Shown here one piece after another: positions 1-11,900 of a stretch of DNA of 64,000 nucleotides. The stretch's first letter is position 1; every line of letters begins with the position of its first letter. Position numbers and translations under genes: made by a program. Source of the stretch: Tubiluchus corallicola (taxonomy: Eukaryota; Animalia; Priapulida); assembly GCA_030141605.1 (NCBI GenBank), contig JAQGDQ010000268.1:205305-269304 (forward strand), in the 5' to 3' direction. Under the pieces are notes generated by a model, which did no database searches, had not been told where the DNA came from, and saw only the letters and a list, made by a program, of their open reading frames with translations.

Positions 1-136
1 AGCACTCATCCTAGCATGACGTGGCGAGGGCGAGAAGCGAGGGTGGCGACTTAACGAGGTAAATATCAAAGCAGGAATCCGTCCTGGTACTTTCTATGGC
101 GAGAGACCAGTTTGGCGGCATAACGAGGCTAGACTG
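1..136. mobile_element. Right end of a Tc1/mariner-pogo (Tigger-like) non-autonomous DNA transposon, truncated by the window edge
   Basis: Ends ...TAACGAGGCTAGACTG|TA with an internal repeat of TAACGAGG (52-59, 121-128), as in pogo-type TIRs with a TA target duplication. The left end is outside the window. Confidence 0.55.
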
Positions 137-239
137 TATTAACCCTGAAATTACTATTTTGAACAAAAAATTAACCATTGTAGGTTACGCTACATGAAAT
201 AATGATGGTATTTTATAACTATATAATTTACAAAGTCAG

Positions 240-420
240 AGAAAGTACAAAAGATGCTTCAAGGACTTGGGAAAGGCAGTGATAGCAGACGTGTAGGCTG
301 ACATACAACAGTTCGTGATTAGGTACATATAAATTAACAAGATCAGTAAGATATTTGCTAAAGCTCTAGCAAAGAATTAGGAGACGTTGAAGAAATCTGT
401 ATTAATAATACCACTTATAT
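240..420 (-). mobile_element. Decayed LINE (L2/CR1-like) 3' fragment
   Basis: The minus strand reads KYLTDLVNLYVPNHEL, resembling the YLxDLLxxYxPxRxLR motif at the C-terminus of L2 ORF2. No intact ORF. Confidence 0.35.
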
Positions 421-982
421 GATAGCAACTCTCACACTATGGTGGTGGCAAAAATCTACCAAGTTTTTATACTCTTGAACTTCGTGAATCCAGATGTCAC
501 TCCATCACTCTTATAACAGATTAGTGTATAAGAGAAAGTGTGCACTTATATGCTACATACAGTCTGCTCTGCCTAAATTTCTTAGTACCATAACCATAAC
601 AGAGGCTGGCAACATGTAAGAATTTGACACCCATTTGAAAACTAGTAACTATGATGACGTGTCTGACTCTAAGTGAATCCGACAACGAATAGAACTCATG
701 AATTGTGAACACTCTATGATGTGTACGTTTTGCAGTTATATAGTACCCATTAACTATATAGCCTAACCAAAAATGGTGAATTCAAAATAGGCTTAAAGGA
801 CTGCTCTTTTGATTTTTAAAATTATTAATTTTAATTCATATAATTCATTTGAACCAATGTATGGTAGATACAAATACCCATTCAGATCAGGTATTTCTAA
901 TATCGATAAATTTAGCCTTTAACCGAAAGTGCATAATTGACCTTACGAAATTCATGATCATACTGGCCTGAAGAAGAACCAG

Positions 983-1089
983 GGTCCAGTTTGAAAAAGC
1001 TTTACCTACTCAGCTACGTTGTTATTAATAGTCAAGTGAATGTAACAATGATGATTGTTAACTTAGTGACAGCTTTGTGAAACCGGCCC
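983..1089. mobile_element. PIF/Harbinger-like MITE
   Basis: GGGTCCAGTTTGAAAAAGCT (982-1001) matches the reverse complement of 1071-1090 (GGGGCCGGTTTCACAAAGCT) at 16/20. CAG flanks both sides (3-bp TSD). Confidence 0.6.
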
Positions 1090-1626
1090 CAGGGTAGATC
1101 AAACTAGTATGTATATTTTTTATTCGATGCGTCAAGACAATTTGGGTATTTTTGAAATTTTGCTCCATTGCCTTCCCCCCTACAAAAATCACGAATGTTG
1201 TGAAGAGAGTTGCCCTAGCTAGATTTGTTCAGCGCTCCTTGGGCAACAGAAAACAACTTTCAAACCTTTGTTCTAGTTAAAGTGTTTCACGGAACATTAA
1301 GATCATTCCTCTATGTGTTATCTGCCACACTGTCTGTGGCTGTTCGCTTCGCTGAGGAAGAATGTTTACGCATTACATCTAAATGTGTCTGAAATGCCTC
1401 AACTGAACCAGTGACTTATCTTGGAGTATCCTAACGAAATTGCGAGAGGTTTCATTCCTGCTACAGCTGTCAAGATCAAGCGAGCTGTGCCATAGTGCTA
1501 AATTCCAGTTTGCAGAAATAAGATCATTAAAATTTTGCAGTTAACTTGTAAAAAATTTTCGCTTTAAAGAATCAGAACAGTATTGGGCACTTAATGCAAA
1601 TACTGAACATAATTTTTATCATTCAG

Positions 1627-1735
1627 GTATGGCTTGAGAGGTAGAGAACTGTTAAACAGTGTTGGCAAGGTCATGTTACAAGGTGGTGGCACATTCGGAA
1701 CATTTATGGCAATTGGAACTGGCATTCGATGTTGA
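1627..1735 (+). CDS. ROMO1: Reactive oxygen species modulator 1 (ROMO1/Mgr2), last coding exon; upstream exon(s) lie outside the window
   Basis: Acceptor ttttatcattcag|G then [35 protein letters not shown], matching the conserved ROMO1 C-terminus ([16 protein letters not shown]). Confidence 0.95.
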
Positions 1736-3082
1736 AATTGAAATCCAGAGAACTATTTATTTAATATGAGACGGATAGAAAACAGTGAGAAATCATGTGG
1801 ACAATGAACAAGCATGATGGATGTCTTTAGTAACAGATTTTTCAATATTCTTGTAACATATGTAACAAGACATTCAATAACAATATAGAATTTTATTACA
1901 TTCTTGACAACTAACCAGATTAGATTAGTGAATATACTTGTATATCCTAGTTTTTAACGAAAAATGCATGTAATATGCACGTAATATGCAGGTATTTGGG
2001 AAACAAGTCTGAAAGGTATTTTGACCTGCTATAATAAGATGAAATAGCTAAAATATCAATAATACCTATCTGTACTGCAGTGCACAATTTGCTATTTGTC
2101 ATTACACATTGTGCATAATATATTATGATTACTAATTTCATGATAGATGTAACATTAAATTTGCACACATAATAAGTACATTTTATTTATAATCGTTATT
2201 CACAAGGCCATGCATATATAACAATAAACAAAATTTAAACAGATGCTATAAACTAATTTCAAAGATAGAGCAACACTCTATATATGTATAATTATACAAG
2301 CTACCAATACCATGTTTTCCTAAAAAAGAATTTAAACAACATATGGCCAACTTTATTTAATTCTAGTACAAAATAAAGGCTAGTCCTACACCAATGTTAA
2401 GTAAACAAAAGTTAGCGGATTTGCGTTATGGCAGGTGTACACTTGCACGATTTATATTATACAAACTTAATCGAAGAAAGTTAAAGTGCACAGCAATGTG
2501 ATTATCTATAGTGGTAAAAACTATATATATAGTATTCAAGTGCTCTACAAGTGTACTATTAAAAGGCTCTGGCAACATGAAAGTATACACTCATTACATT
2601 TATTTCTTATATTTGAATAACAAATGAACAACAAATGGAATTTATTATTTCACTTAATAACTTATACAGGAACATCACAAACTACTTAAACAGAACATGG
2701 ACTTGCATTTCAAATATGTCTTTGCTCTAGAATACTAGCCATACTTTTCACACCATTTAGTATATTAAATGCTCACCAAAAGCAGTAGCATAAGCTATAC
2801 AATTTATTTTAAATGTCATGCTAAACTGTTGTCATTGAACACAACTTGCTTTGTTATCCTGCAACATTTAGATGTTATATATTAGATATTATTGAAAACA
2901 TTAGCAAAATATCGGATTTAAAAAGTAGAACCAGGTAACATAATTTAGCGCTGCAGGTAGTTTAGTGTAAATCATTCAGAAACTAAAGGCAAAACAAATA
3001 ATTGAATCTCCTTAGTGGCTAATCATTCAATAATCTACAGAATGTAAAAAAGTTGCAGAAAGCTAAGGAAAAGATCAGCATT

Positions 3083-5723
3083 CTAAATCTGGTAGCTTGA
3101 CCTAGCATTCAGTTTGTATTGGAATAGTGAAAATGCCAGTGTTAGTGCATAAAGTCCTGTGGCTATCCAGCAATTGTACGCAGTGTCATGGTAAGCTTTC
3201 TCTACGTTTTCCCAATCTTCCCATTCTGTTTCATTCAACGGCAAGTCTTCCACTAAAGCTGGACTTTTCACATAGAAAAATACACCCATCAGTGCCTGAA
3301 ACATTGAAAGCATGTTTGACTGCATGTATTTATGTGACATACTTCTGTATCTAGGAATTTTTTTAGGAAAAAAGTTGATGCTTTTGAATCTGTACCCTTT
3401 TCTATCAAACAGGCCCCACACACAGCTTTACACAAGATTTTGCATAATACATGTAGATAGGTCTACACTCCAGTGTGTGCAAAATGTGCTACAATAACTC
3501 CATAATAGTAAAAAGTTATCATACACAGTGACACATGAATGCTAAATTGAATTCCAATACTGCACAGTCATTGTACATTCCTCAGTTTATTCTGTGTATA
3601 ACGAAACGCGCACGATGTTTCCATGAAAGCTGATGTAGTCTCACAACTTTATTTTGATGCAGTGATACTATGCTTAGGACTTGTGCTGAATCAGCCAAGT
3701 GACCTCATCAATTCACATGTTTCACTTCGTAACTCAAAAACACCAAGGAATTGGACAACCGAATTTAAACAACTGATGGTAGCTGAAAGGAGACAGGTTT
3801 TGGTAGGGTAATTAGTAACTTTTTATCCACAGTTCAATATTAAATATTGTAATGACTCCTCCACTGCAAGGTGCTGGATGGATAGATGGAAATATTCAAC
3901 CATTACTTACAATACCAGATGAGAAAACAATGTTAGGGCCGTGACCGCTATAGATGATGGTTCAATCCAAGGCCCAGCAGCTTAAAATCAAAAGTCTACA
4001 CATAAGAAAGCATACATAAACTGCAATGAGTTTGGTGACCACAAAGTGAATACAGGGTAACTTGTCCTGTACCTGTGACAGGGTAAGTAAGCATCCATAA
4101 GTCCAAAGTCACATGAGGCAACAGTTCTAGATGCATGTTGCCTCAATGTTTGTTATTGTTACCCAACTTTGGCGCATAGAAAATAAACGCATTCATTGAA
4201 GTTCCTGCATTAGTCAAATTTTATTTCATTGCAAATGGTAGTAAAACAAATACTGTTGAGGTTAGTCAGCTGGAGAAACCAAATTTTTGTTAATTATTGA
4301 CGAAAAGGAAGAATGGATGAGTAACAGACTGCCAAACAGAACAGACTATATTCAAATAATTTGTACCTTTATGTTTAATTTGTTTGCAATCTGTTTGTAT
4401 AACAGCTGAAATTCAAATTAAATCACGTTTATTTAGCATAAATGCACAGTCTGAACTTCGGGTACCCGGCAGCCGAACTGCAATGCTTTAAAATGACTTC
4501 TGGAAATTTTGACCACTAGCGGAGCAAATGTTCCATCAGTTCCACAGTAAAAAATCTCTGGCCTACCATTGAAACTGTATACATCAAAATACAACATAAT
4601 TCTTTTAAAACTATAACGCTTAGCAGCAGACGTTCGATAAGTAAAATCACAAGGGTTATTGCAAGGAAGACTCGTACGTTCTCAACAGATGTAACACGAG
4701 AAATGACACATTTGCAATACAAGTAATTGATGAGTGGAATAAGCTGCCTGACATCATAGTTCAAGCCTCTAATGAAGCCCAGTTCAAGTCTCATCTTGAT
4801 AAACAGTTAAAATACCATCCAGAAACAATAGCTCCACTTTCAGTGTGCTTCAGCATGCACTGGGTCCACAGATTTGCCGATAACTGACAAAAAGTAATCA
4901 GTAATTGTGATTACCTAAACTAGTTGGATTGCGTAACACTGTAAAGTACACAAGGAAAAGTGGAGAGCTTTGTAAGCCTTTATATTTAATCTTGCCCTTT
5001 GTCTTTAATTCTCTCCTTTGTCTTGGCAGTAATGGATAAAGGTATATCAAATAGTATGTCGCAAATTAACTAAATGAATAAAGTTGGGTGTTTAGGAAAC
5101 ACCAGTGGCGGTTTAGTTTTTTCTTTATACGGTACTTGTGCGAAACCGAAGCACTTGAGGGAAGTATAATTTGCTTCACAGCCCAAGCAACGTGGTGTTT
5201 GGCTGCTGTGCGCATGCGGCCATGTGCACATGTCTGAGATAAGACGCTGTACTTTAGGTAGAAAGAGTACTGTCGCTCACTGCAGTACGTGTTGTCAGTT
5301 GTCACATGCTTAAAAGCCGTGTATCGGCATGTTCTTGAACTGCGACAATTGAGGCTATTCGTAAGAAAACAATATTTTTTGTTTAGGAGTTTATCAGGGT
5401 TATGTTTAAATCAGTTTGTTTGTTTAAATTTACAATTACAACATTATAATTAAATACGTTTGTTTCGTTTTACACAGTATTAAAACAACAGCTAAAAAAA
5501 TTCAATTTTGTATCACCCCCACTAATTTTAGCTACGGGCCGCCACGGGAAACATTATCTTCATCTTTTGTGATTGACATTTTACATGTACAGTCGCATCT
5601 TCCGTGTATTGCTAAAATATTAATTAATCTGATAATGAAATTTACCAGCATTATGATGCCCCATGCACTAACTAAAGAGCAGCATATTGAACATTTTGGA
5701 CCACATATCTTTGCTGAAACCAT
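3083..5723 (-). CDS. RNASEK: Ribonuclease kappa / V-ATPase subunit f, 96 aa, 2 exons
   Basis: Exon 1 5723-5646 MVSAKICGPKCSICCSLVSAWGIIML|gtaaat. Exon 2 3295-3083 (ttcag|) ALMGVFFYVKSPALVEDLP...AYNCWIATGLYALTLAFSLFQYKLNARSSYQI*. The CGPK..SAWGIIML and NCWIA motifs and two TM segments are typical of RNASEK; the intron is phase 0. Confidence 0.95.
4640..4815 (+). mobile_element. 3' fragment of a CR1-like LINE in the RNASEK intron
   Basis: Translates as VIDEWNKLPDIIVQASNEAQFKSHLDK, the WNxLP...FKxxLD motif at the end of CR1 ORF2. Confidence 0.65.
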
Positions 5724-5929
5724 TTCACAACTTTCTCTATTGGGCGTGGTTTACGCTGAACACCAAACCAGAATGAAGTTATCTACAATTTAAAAAGTAA
5801 CATAATAAAACTCGAGCAGCCAGACACCAATATAATATAATGCATATGGAGACTGTGAGTCACTCTGATTCACTCACGGAATGATCGTGACACCTGGCGG
5901 TAAGTAATTGGAATTATAGGAAATACAAA
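5724..5929. promoter_or_regulatory. Putative bidirectional promoter shared by RNASEK (-) and PLEKHF (+)
   Basis: Only 206 bp separate the two divergent ATGs (5723 and 5930). Contains TGAGTCA (5856-5862) and a CTCF-like CCGCCAGGTGTCA (minus strand, 5888-5900). Confidence 0.7.
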
Positions 5930-8900
5930 ATGGTGGATAAGCTAGGTAACTATGTAGAATTTTTACTTAAGGCTTGATTATTACTTACATAAACCTTAAA
6001 AATCATACATAATGCTCGCTACAGTTCGTTTTTAACATACAAACTTTGAGTAGACATTGTGTTTTAATACAACTTTCGAATTTTATTCATTTAATCTTAA
6101 TGAATATTTGTCAGACCTAGTTGTTAAATTTAAAAATTTAGCAATTTGAGGTGTTTTAAACACGAATTTTATCATCTCCCTCTACATTATGAAGACAACA
6201 ACACAATGATACAAAAACTACTTTTTATTTACTATCTTTTGTGCATTCTGCTCATTTGTATACAAATTAAATCGTTTATTTTTTTCTACCCACCTAAAAA
6301 TAAAACTAAAAGATTAATATAAATTAAATAACGAAACAAATGGGAAGGAGTGGCGAAAACATATAGTTATTGGATCAGCTAACCCAGATTTTTGAGTATA
6401 AAACTAGTATTATGCAATGTTGTATACGTTTATTGAAGTAAATAAAAAAGAAAATTTTCGATCTACCTAATTTTATCATTGAATTATACACACGATATGC
6501 AATGAGATTTATTATACATTCTATTTTTCTTTCTATTTTTAACTGGTAAACAAAAATGAAATTAACCACAAATTCTAGCAGCTTGAGAAAAGGAAGATAT
6601 CTATGTGAAACTGATTTGTGATAGGGAAACGCTGAATTCTTAAAATGAAAATAAAACCTAACACCCACTTAAGCAAAGTGTACATAAATGCTAGCCACTA
6701 ACAACTTCCAAAAATATTGTTTTATCAAATTATTATAAAAAATACTCAAGGGTGGGCTGCCATAAGCCACAGCTTCTTAGGTGTCATTGCATTATTTCCA
6801 TAATTAACATAATTGTCTTTTATAACTAATTATATATATTTGTCAATTAATGTGATTATGATATATTTGTTAAAGGAATAATTTATTTTGAATTGAATGG
6901 AAAATGTCGCAATATTAATGTTTGTTGCACAGTGTTACTTCAGCCAAATTTATGTAAAGAACAAATGAATATAAAAAAATTGTACCAAGTGCGGAATCTG
7001 ATGATAGAGTGTTAAATAACTAAATATTTCGAAATGGATTTAGTTAAAAAATGGCGACTGTTATCTTAATTTTATTCTTGCTTGTGTCATTCAGAAGTAA
7101 AGGTGTGTCTCATCCAGAAACACACGAGAAATAAAGCACCATTTTCGACTATTTCACAACTCTTTATCTTTGCATACTTTCAACTACATTGCTGTAGTTT
7201 GTCTGAATTTAGTTTTCTAAGTATTATAATAATAGTATATTTTTGTCTGAATTTGGTTCACTTAAAAGATATGTTAGATATGTCTAAACAGGCATTCTTT
7301 ATAACTGGCTCAATAAATTTCTGGTTAATTGGCTTCATTGCTACATATGCAAATTGTTTACTCATCAAATCATTCTTGAGTGCTTAACTATGCTGCGTAT
7401 TGCTTATGTTGGTTTTATTAAGTTAACGATTCATTTGTTAATTTAATTTTTTATGTGAGCCTGAGCAGAGTGCGCAAATATTTGGATAACTGAAACTTCA
7501 CGACATGTGTGCCATTTCAAAATTGATCATTATAACCAATCAAATAAGCTAATTGCTGATTTATAATGAAAATAGGTACAGTTGGTGATCAGTGATCATT
7601 ACTTGACCAGTTCGGCAAGGTTATATAGTGAAATAGTGAACAACTCGTAGTTTGTGTGAAGAATTTATCGCCTACTTCTTCTAAAGAAAATTTGAAATTG
7701 GATTGCAGCCTATGACATAATGGGCAAAAGTCATTACAGTGGTTTGATGCCTAGGCAAAAAGTATTTTTAGCACTGCTTCCTTAAAGGTCAACCGCTTCC
7801 CTCGTGGTCCCTACTTCACCCCCAAAATTGAATTTTTGTTATATATAATAAAATATTATGGTACCTGTATGTTAGACGTATACGTGTATTATAATGTACT
7901 GTTTATATGTTGCTAAATACCTATCTACAGCTTGTGTTGATTGAATTTGAAATTTAATTTATGACCCTATTGACTTGGGTCTTTAAGAGCAATCAAAATT
8001 TCTGCTGCACACTACATACACATACGGAGTTCTTTTCATTTGATTAAGTATATGTACTTGAAGTGGCGTTGAAGGCAAAATATGACTGGGAATCGAAATA
8101 CACTTTACACATAGCTGATAACAATATTGTATTTAAAAATTGACGCAAAGTTTTGTATAGGCAGAAATAAGCCGTTTTACTTTTCGCATGCCGTTACTGG
8201 TATCTCTAGGGCTTTTAACAATACATGTGCCTATGCGGCAAGACACAAAGACACAGCTGAATCACAAAATCATATATCATGTCGGTCAGAAATAGTCTTG
8301 GAAAAAATGTCAAGCAAGGAGGTGATCAAATAAATTTAGCTTAATAATTATAACGTTTATGCATTGAAACTGCTGACATCATTTGAAATGATGGAAAATA
8401 AAAACGCTTTACTCACCAAATTTTGCACTGAATAGCATAACATTTGAAAATTTCACAAAGCAAAACTCTGCACAACTGTAATCTTTTATTTCATAGTCAT
8501 TTCGTTCGTGGAACCTTTTTGTTGCTTTGCTGTACGATGATAACATTTTCCTGGAAGAAGAACATGACCCACGTTCACATTATGATCAGTCGCAGCTGGT
8601 CTAATTCTCATTAGCAATGTTGCTCAGTTGAAGTTTCATCGTACCAGGCATGTTTACTAATAAAGTGCTTGAGAACAGACTGCAAGCATTTCACTAAATC
8701 ATCGCCATTACCATTGCATGTCAATGAAGCCCACCAAAAGTGATTACAAATACTTTTTGACCGTATCTGAAACACATGCTTATCTCTTTCTCAAACGTTT
8801 TATGCAATTTTTTCTACAAATTCATGCTATACATCCAGGGCCTATTTCAGCTTAGGCGAGGCCCGGGGAAGTGGGGCGTGTGAGGCCCCATCGGGGGGTG

Positions 8901-11900
8901 GGGGTGGCGCTACCATGGTTGGCACCCAGAAAATTTTTGAACTGCTAGAATGCCGGAGAAGCATTTTCGAAGTGAAAATATGGAGTTATACAGTTGTTAA
9001 AGGAAAGAACAATTGAAAGAAAAACTGCTTTATTACCAAGACCAGTCCTTAATACTTGTCAGTACTGGCAAACGGCGTGCGTGCGACAAGAGAGAGAGGA
9101 GGCAGTATGTTCGCATAAAGCAAAAAAATGTTACCTTGGAGGGTGAGGCCCCGGGGAAGTATCCCCACTTCCCCCCCCCCCCTTGAAATAGGCCCTGTAT
9201 ACATCAAAGACGAGCTTCATCTTATTGTATTTCTCAGACTTCATTAATTTTGTTATACATGAACGCAAATGTAGCAGCAGTTACTTTTTTTCAGCTCTCA
9301 CATAGCCTCCCTCAAAACCAGCTACTTCCATCATAGAGCTACACCCACCTGTCTCAGGATTCTCGACTTGTTACATAGAAACTATCAGACGTGTCGGGTA
9401 TTCCATTAGATAGTACGAACAATAGAGTACTGAGTTCCCCGGCGAATCAAATCTGCAACCAAACTGGCTACTAGTGAAAAATCTTGGTTAATACAATAAT
9501 TACTGATACCCTAACCTGTTCTGGGTAAATTTCATGAAAACCACATTTCAGCTTTAGTGAACTACAGTTTTACTGCAGTGAGCTACAGTTTTACTGCAGT
9601 GAACTACAGTTTTACTGCAGTGAGCTACAGTTTTACTTTAGTGAGCTACAGTTTTACTGCAGTGAGGTACAGTTTTACTGCAATTTTCAAGCATTTTTGA
9701 AATAATAATAAGGACAAAACCGTGATTTGAGCTTAACATTAAAAATCCCTTCAGCGGAGCTTGCAGCCCCCAGCCCCCCAAAATTTGACACCCTAGGCAA
9801 GCAGGCTTAATTTGCCTAGTGGTAGAGCCGGTTCTGACAAAAGTCAGATTATAAGGATGTGATAAGCACTAATAGATAGTAATAAAATTTATTTTTAATG
9901 CATATTAATGAGATGCTAGCATAACATCCATGTTAGACTTTCTGAACTGGCCTATATGAATGCTGCAGTATCTACAGTCAGATTCGAAAAATTTTAATTA
10001 GGTATTGTTGACCTTATACAATATGCAGCATAAATTTGTAAATTTCGAAGATAACTACTGTTAATAAAGGTGTGTTGTAGCGGTACATTTTTAATTTTTA
10101 GTTGGAAGCGATGCAAATCGCAAGCGGATAGAGGCAGTTGAGGCAGCTTTTGGAACATCTGGAAAGGTATGGCTTTTTAAATATTTCTGTACCATATTGG
10201 TAAAATTTAAGTGGGTTTAATGTTTATACAATGTACATCAAAGAAGATGATCCATTATCTGCTCGGTTTAAAATTCGAAGTAACTTATCAATTTTGGTAA
10301 TCAAAAACTTTCGTGGGATAATTCTTTTTTCTGAATTTTTGTCCAATTTAAAGTCGGTTTGATGCAGTGCTTGGATGACCCTTGTGTTTAGATGAAGCAC
10401 ATTATGCTAAAAGGACAGTTTTTCTGTTTACTAGTTAGTTTGAAGCACATGGGGACCCATTTTAGTTCAAGAAATTTCTTTAGGCATTTACACTTCTTTC
10501 GTATCAAGTGCTAGTGCTATCTTTGAATATCTCTACTCTGCTGTTTATGGCAAATGTGTCGGATAGCTTGTTACATTGGGTGTATTAGTAGACCCATATC
10601 AACATTCAATGCTCCTTTCCCATATCAGTGGAACTTTGTTTGATCAACTAGACAAACTTCATATGTTATTTGATTCTGCGACACCTGGTGTTAATGTTTG
10701 AATGGAGTGTTTGCTAATAATGCAAGTAAGCTTGTTTCATGAAAATGTGTACTGAGGGGATATTGTTTAACGTTTAACCTCTTCAGTGGCTGCATAAATC
10801 AGCTGAGATCGCTCTGTCCTCTATTCATTGTAGCTGCAGTTCATGTTAGCTGTAGTGGCATTGAACTTCCAACGAAGATGAATCATTGAAGAAAATGACT
10901 CATTTCATCTTAGCGCAGTAAAATTTATCGTGTTTCTAATTCATTAGAAACTATTTCTTAGTAGATACAGTAAAATGTCCTAACATTTTGTTGCTAAGCC
11001 TAGATATTAAGGTACATCAAAACAGTGTTGCCAGTATAATGGAAAACACTTTAACTTACTAACTGACATATTTTGCATTATGGTAGAAATCTGGATTGTC
11101 TGGAAATCTGGACTGGTAATGGCCAGAGAATGTTTGAATAATTTATTATAATAGTTATTCACTGTGCAAGCTCAAATCCTTGAATAATTGATTATAATTA
11201 TTGATCATAATTATATGTTTGAATATTTGTGTACCTGCTGTTGCAGCCTGTGTTGCACTATATACAGATCTCAGCAGTTCATCCAAGATTACTAATTTTA
11301 ATGACATGTAAGGCTATGCTGTATATTTTTAAAGTACCTCGTGTTTATAATAAGTCTGAACAACATAGAATGAAATCCGTGATTCAAGCAGGAAAGTAAT
11401 GTTTTTCTTAATTTCAGCCATTACAGGATGTTGGTAGAGTTTTGGTCGGGGAAGGTGTCCTTACCAAAATGTGCCGAAAAAAGCCAAAGCCGCGCCAGTT
11501 TTTTCTCTTCAATGACATTCTTGTTTATGGCAATATTGTATTGAACAAAAGAATGGTAAGTGTGTAGCCGGAAGTTCTGTCTAATCGATCGACATTCCAA
11601 AAATGACAGTGAGTTGTCAAAAAAAAATTCATCAAGTTTTTACTAGACCCAATTTTAAACAGTGTAAACCGAGCTTTTATTTGCCAGAAGGGGATATTTG
11701 TAAGTGATTCCTGTGACTATTCACGCACTCCGTTCACATTTTTCCAACTCGGGTTTTAGGCTTTTATTTAGGCCTGGGTGGTCTTGACGACGTCGGGAAG
11801 GCAGTAGTCATTAAAGCTAAAGCTAAAATACGCCACTGAATTAGCAGCTGTGCATTAGCAATGTTCAGATGTGTACACATCCTCATCAAATCAGATAAAT

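Noticed and set aside
651-730. ATGATGA...CTGA as a possible C/D snoRNA in the ROMO1 intron
   Set aside because: The boxes are only a few nt apart, with no terminal stem or recognisable guide.
968-1002. CTGAAGA...GAAA hammerhead-like string
   Set aside because: Stem II does not pair, and the 3' half is the TIR of the Harbinger-like MITE at 983-1089.
5900-5919. GTAAGT...TAG just upstream of the PLEKHF ATG
   Set aside because: At 20 nt it is too short for a spliceosomal intron in this genome, and it overlaps the CTCF-like motif.
9557-9682. Regular repeats as a CRISPR-like array (also 17511-17675, 56738-56866, 57405-57770)
   Set aside because: These are head-to-tail units without unique spacers, with no cas genes, in a eukaryotic context.
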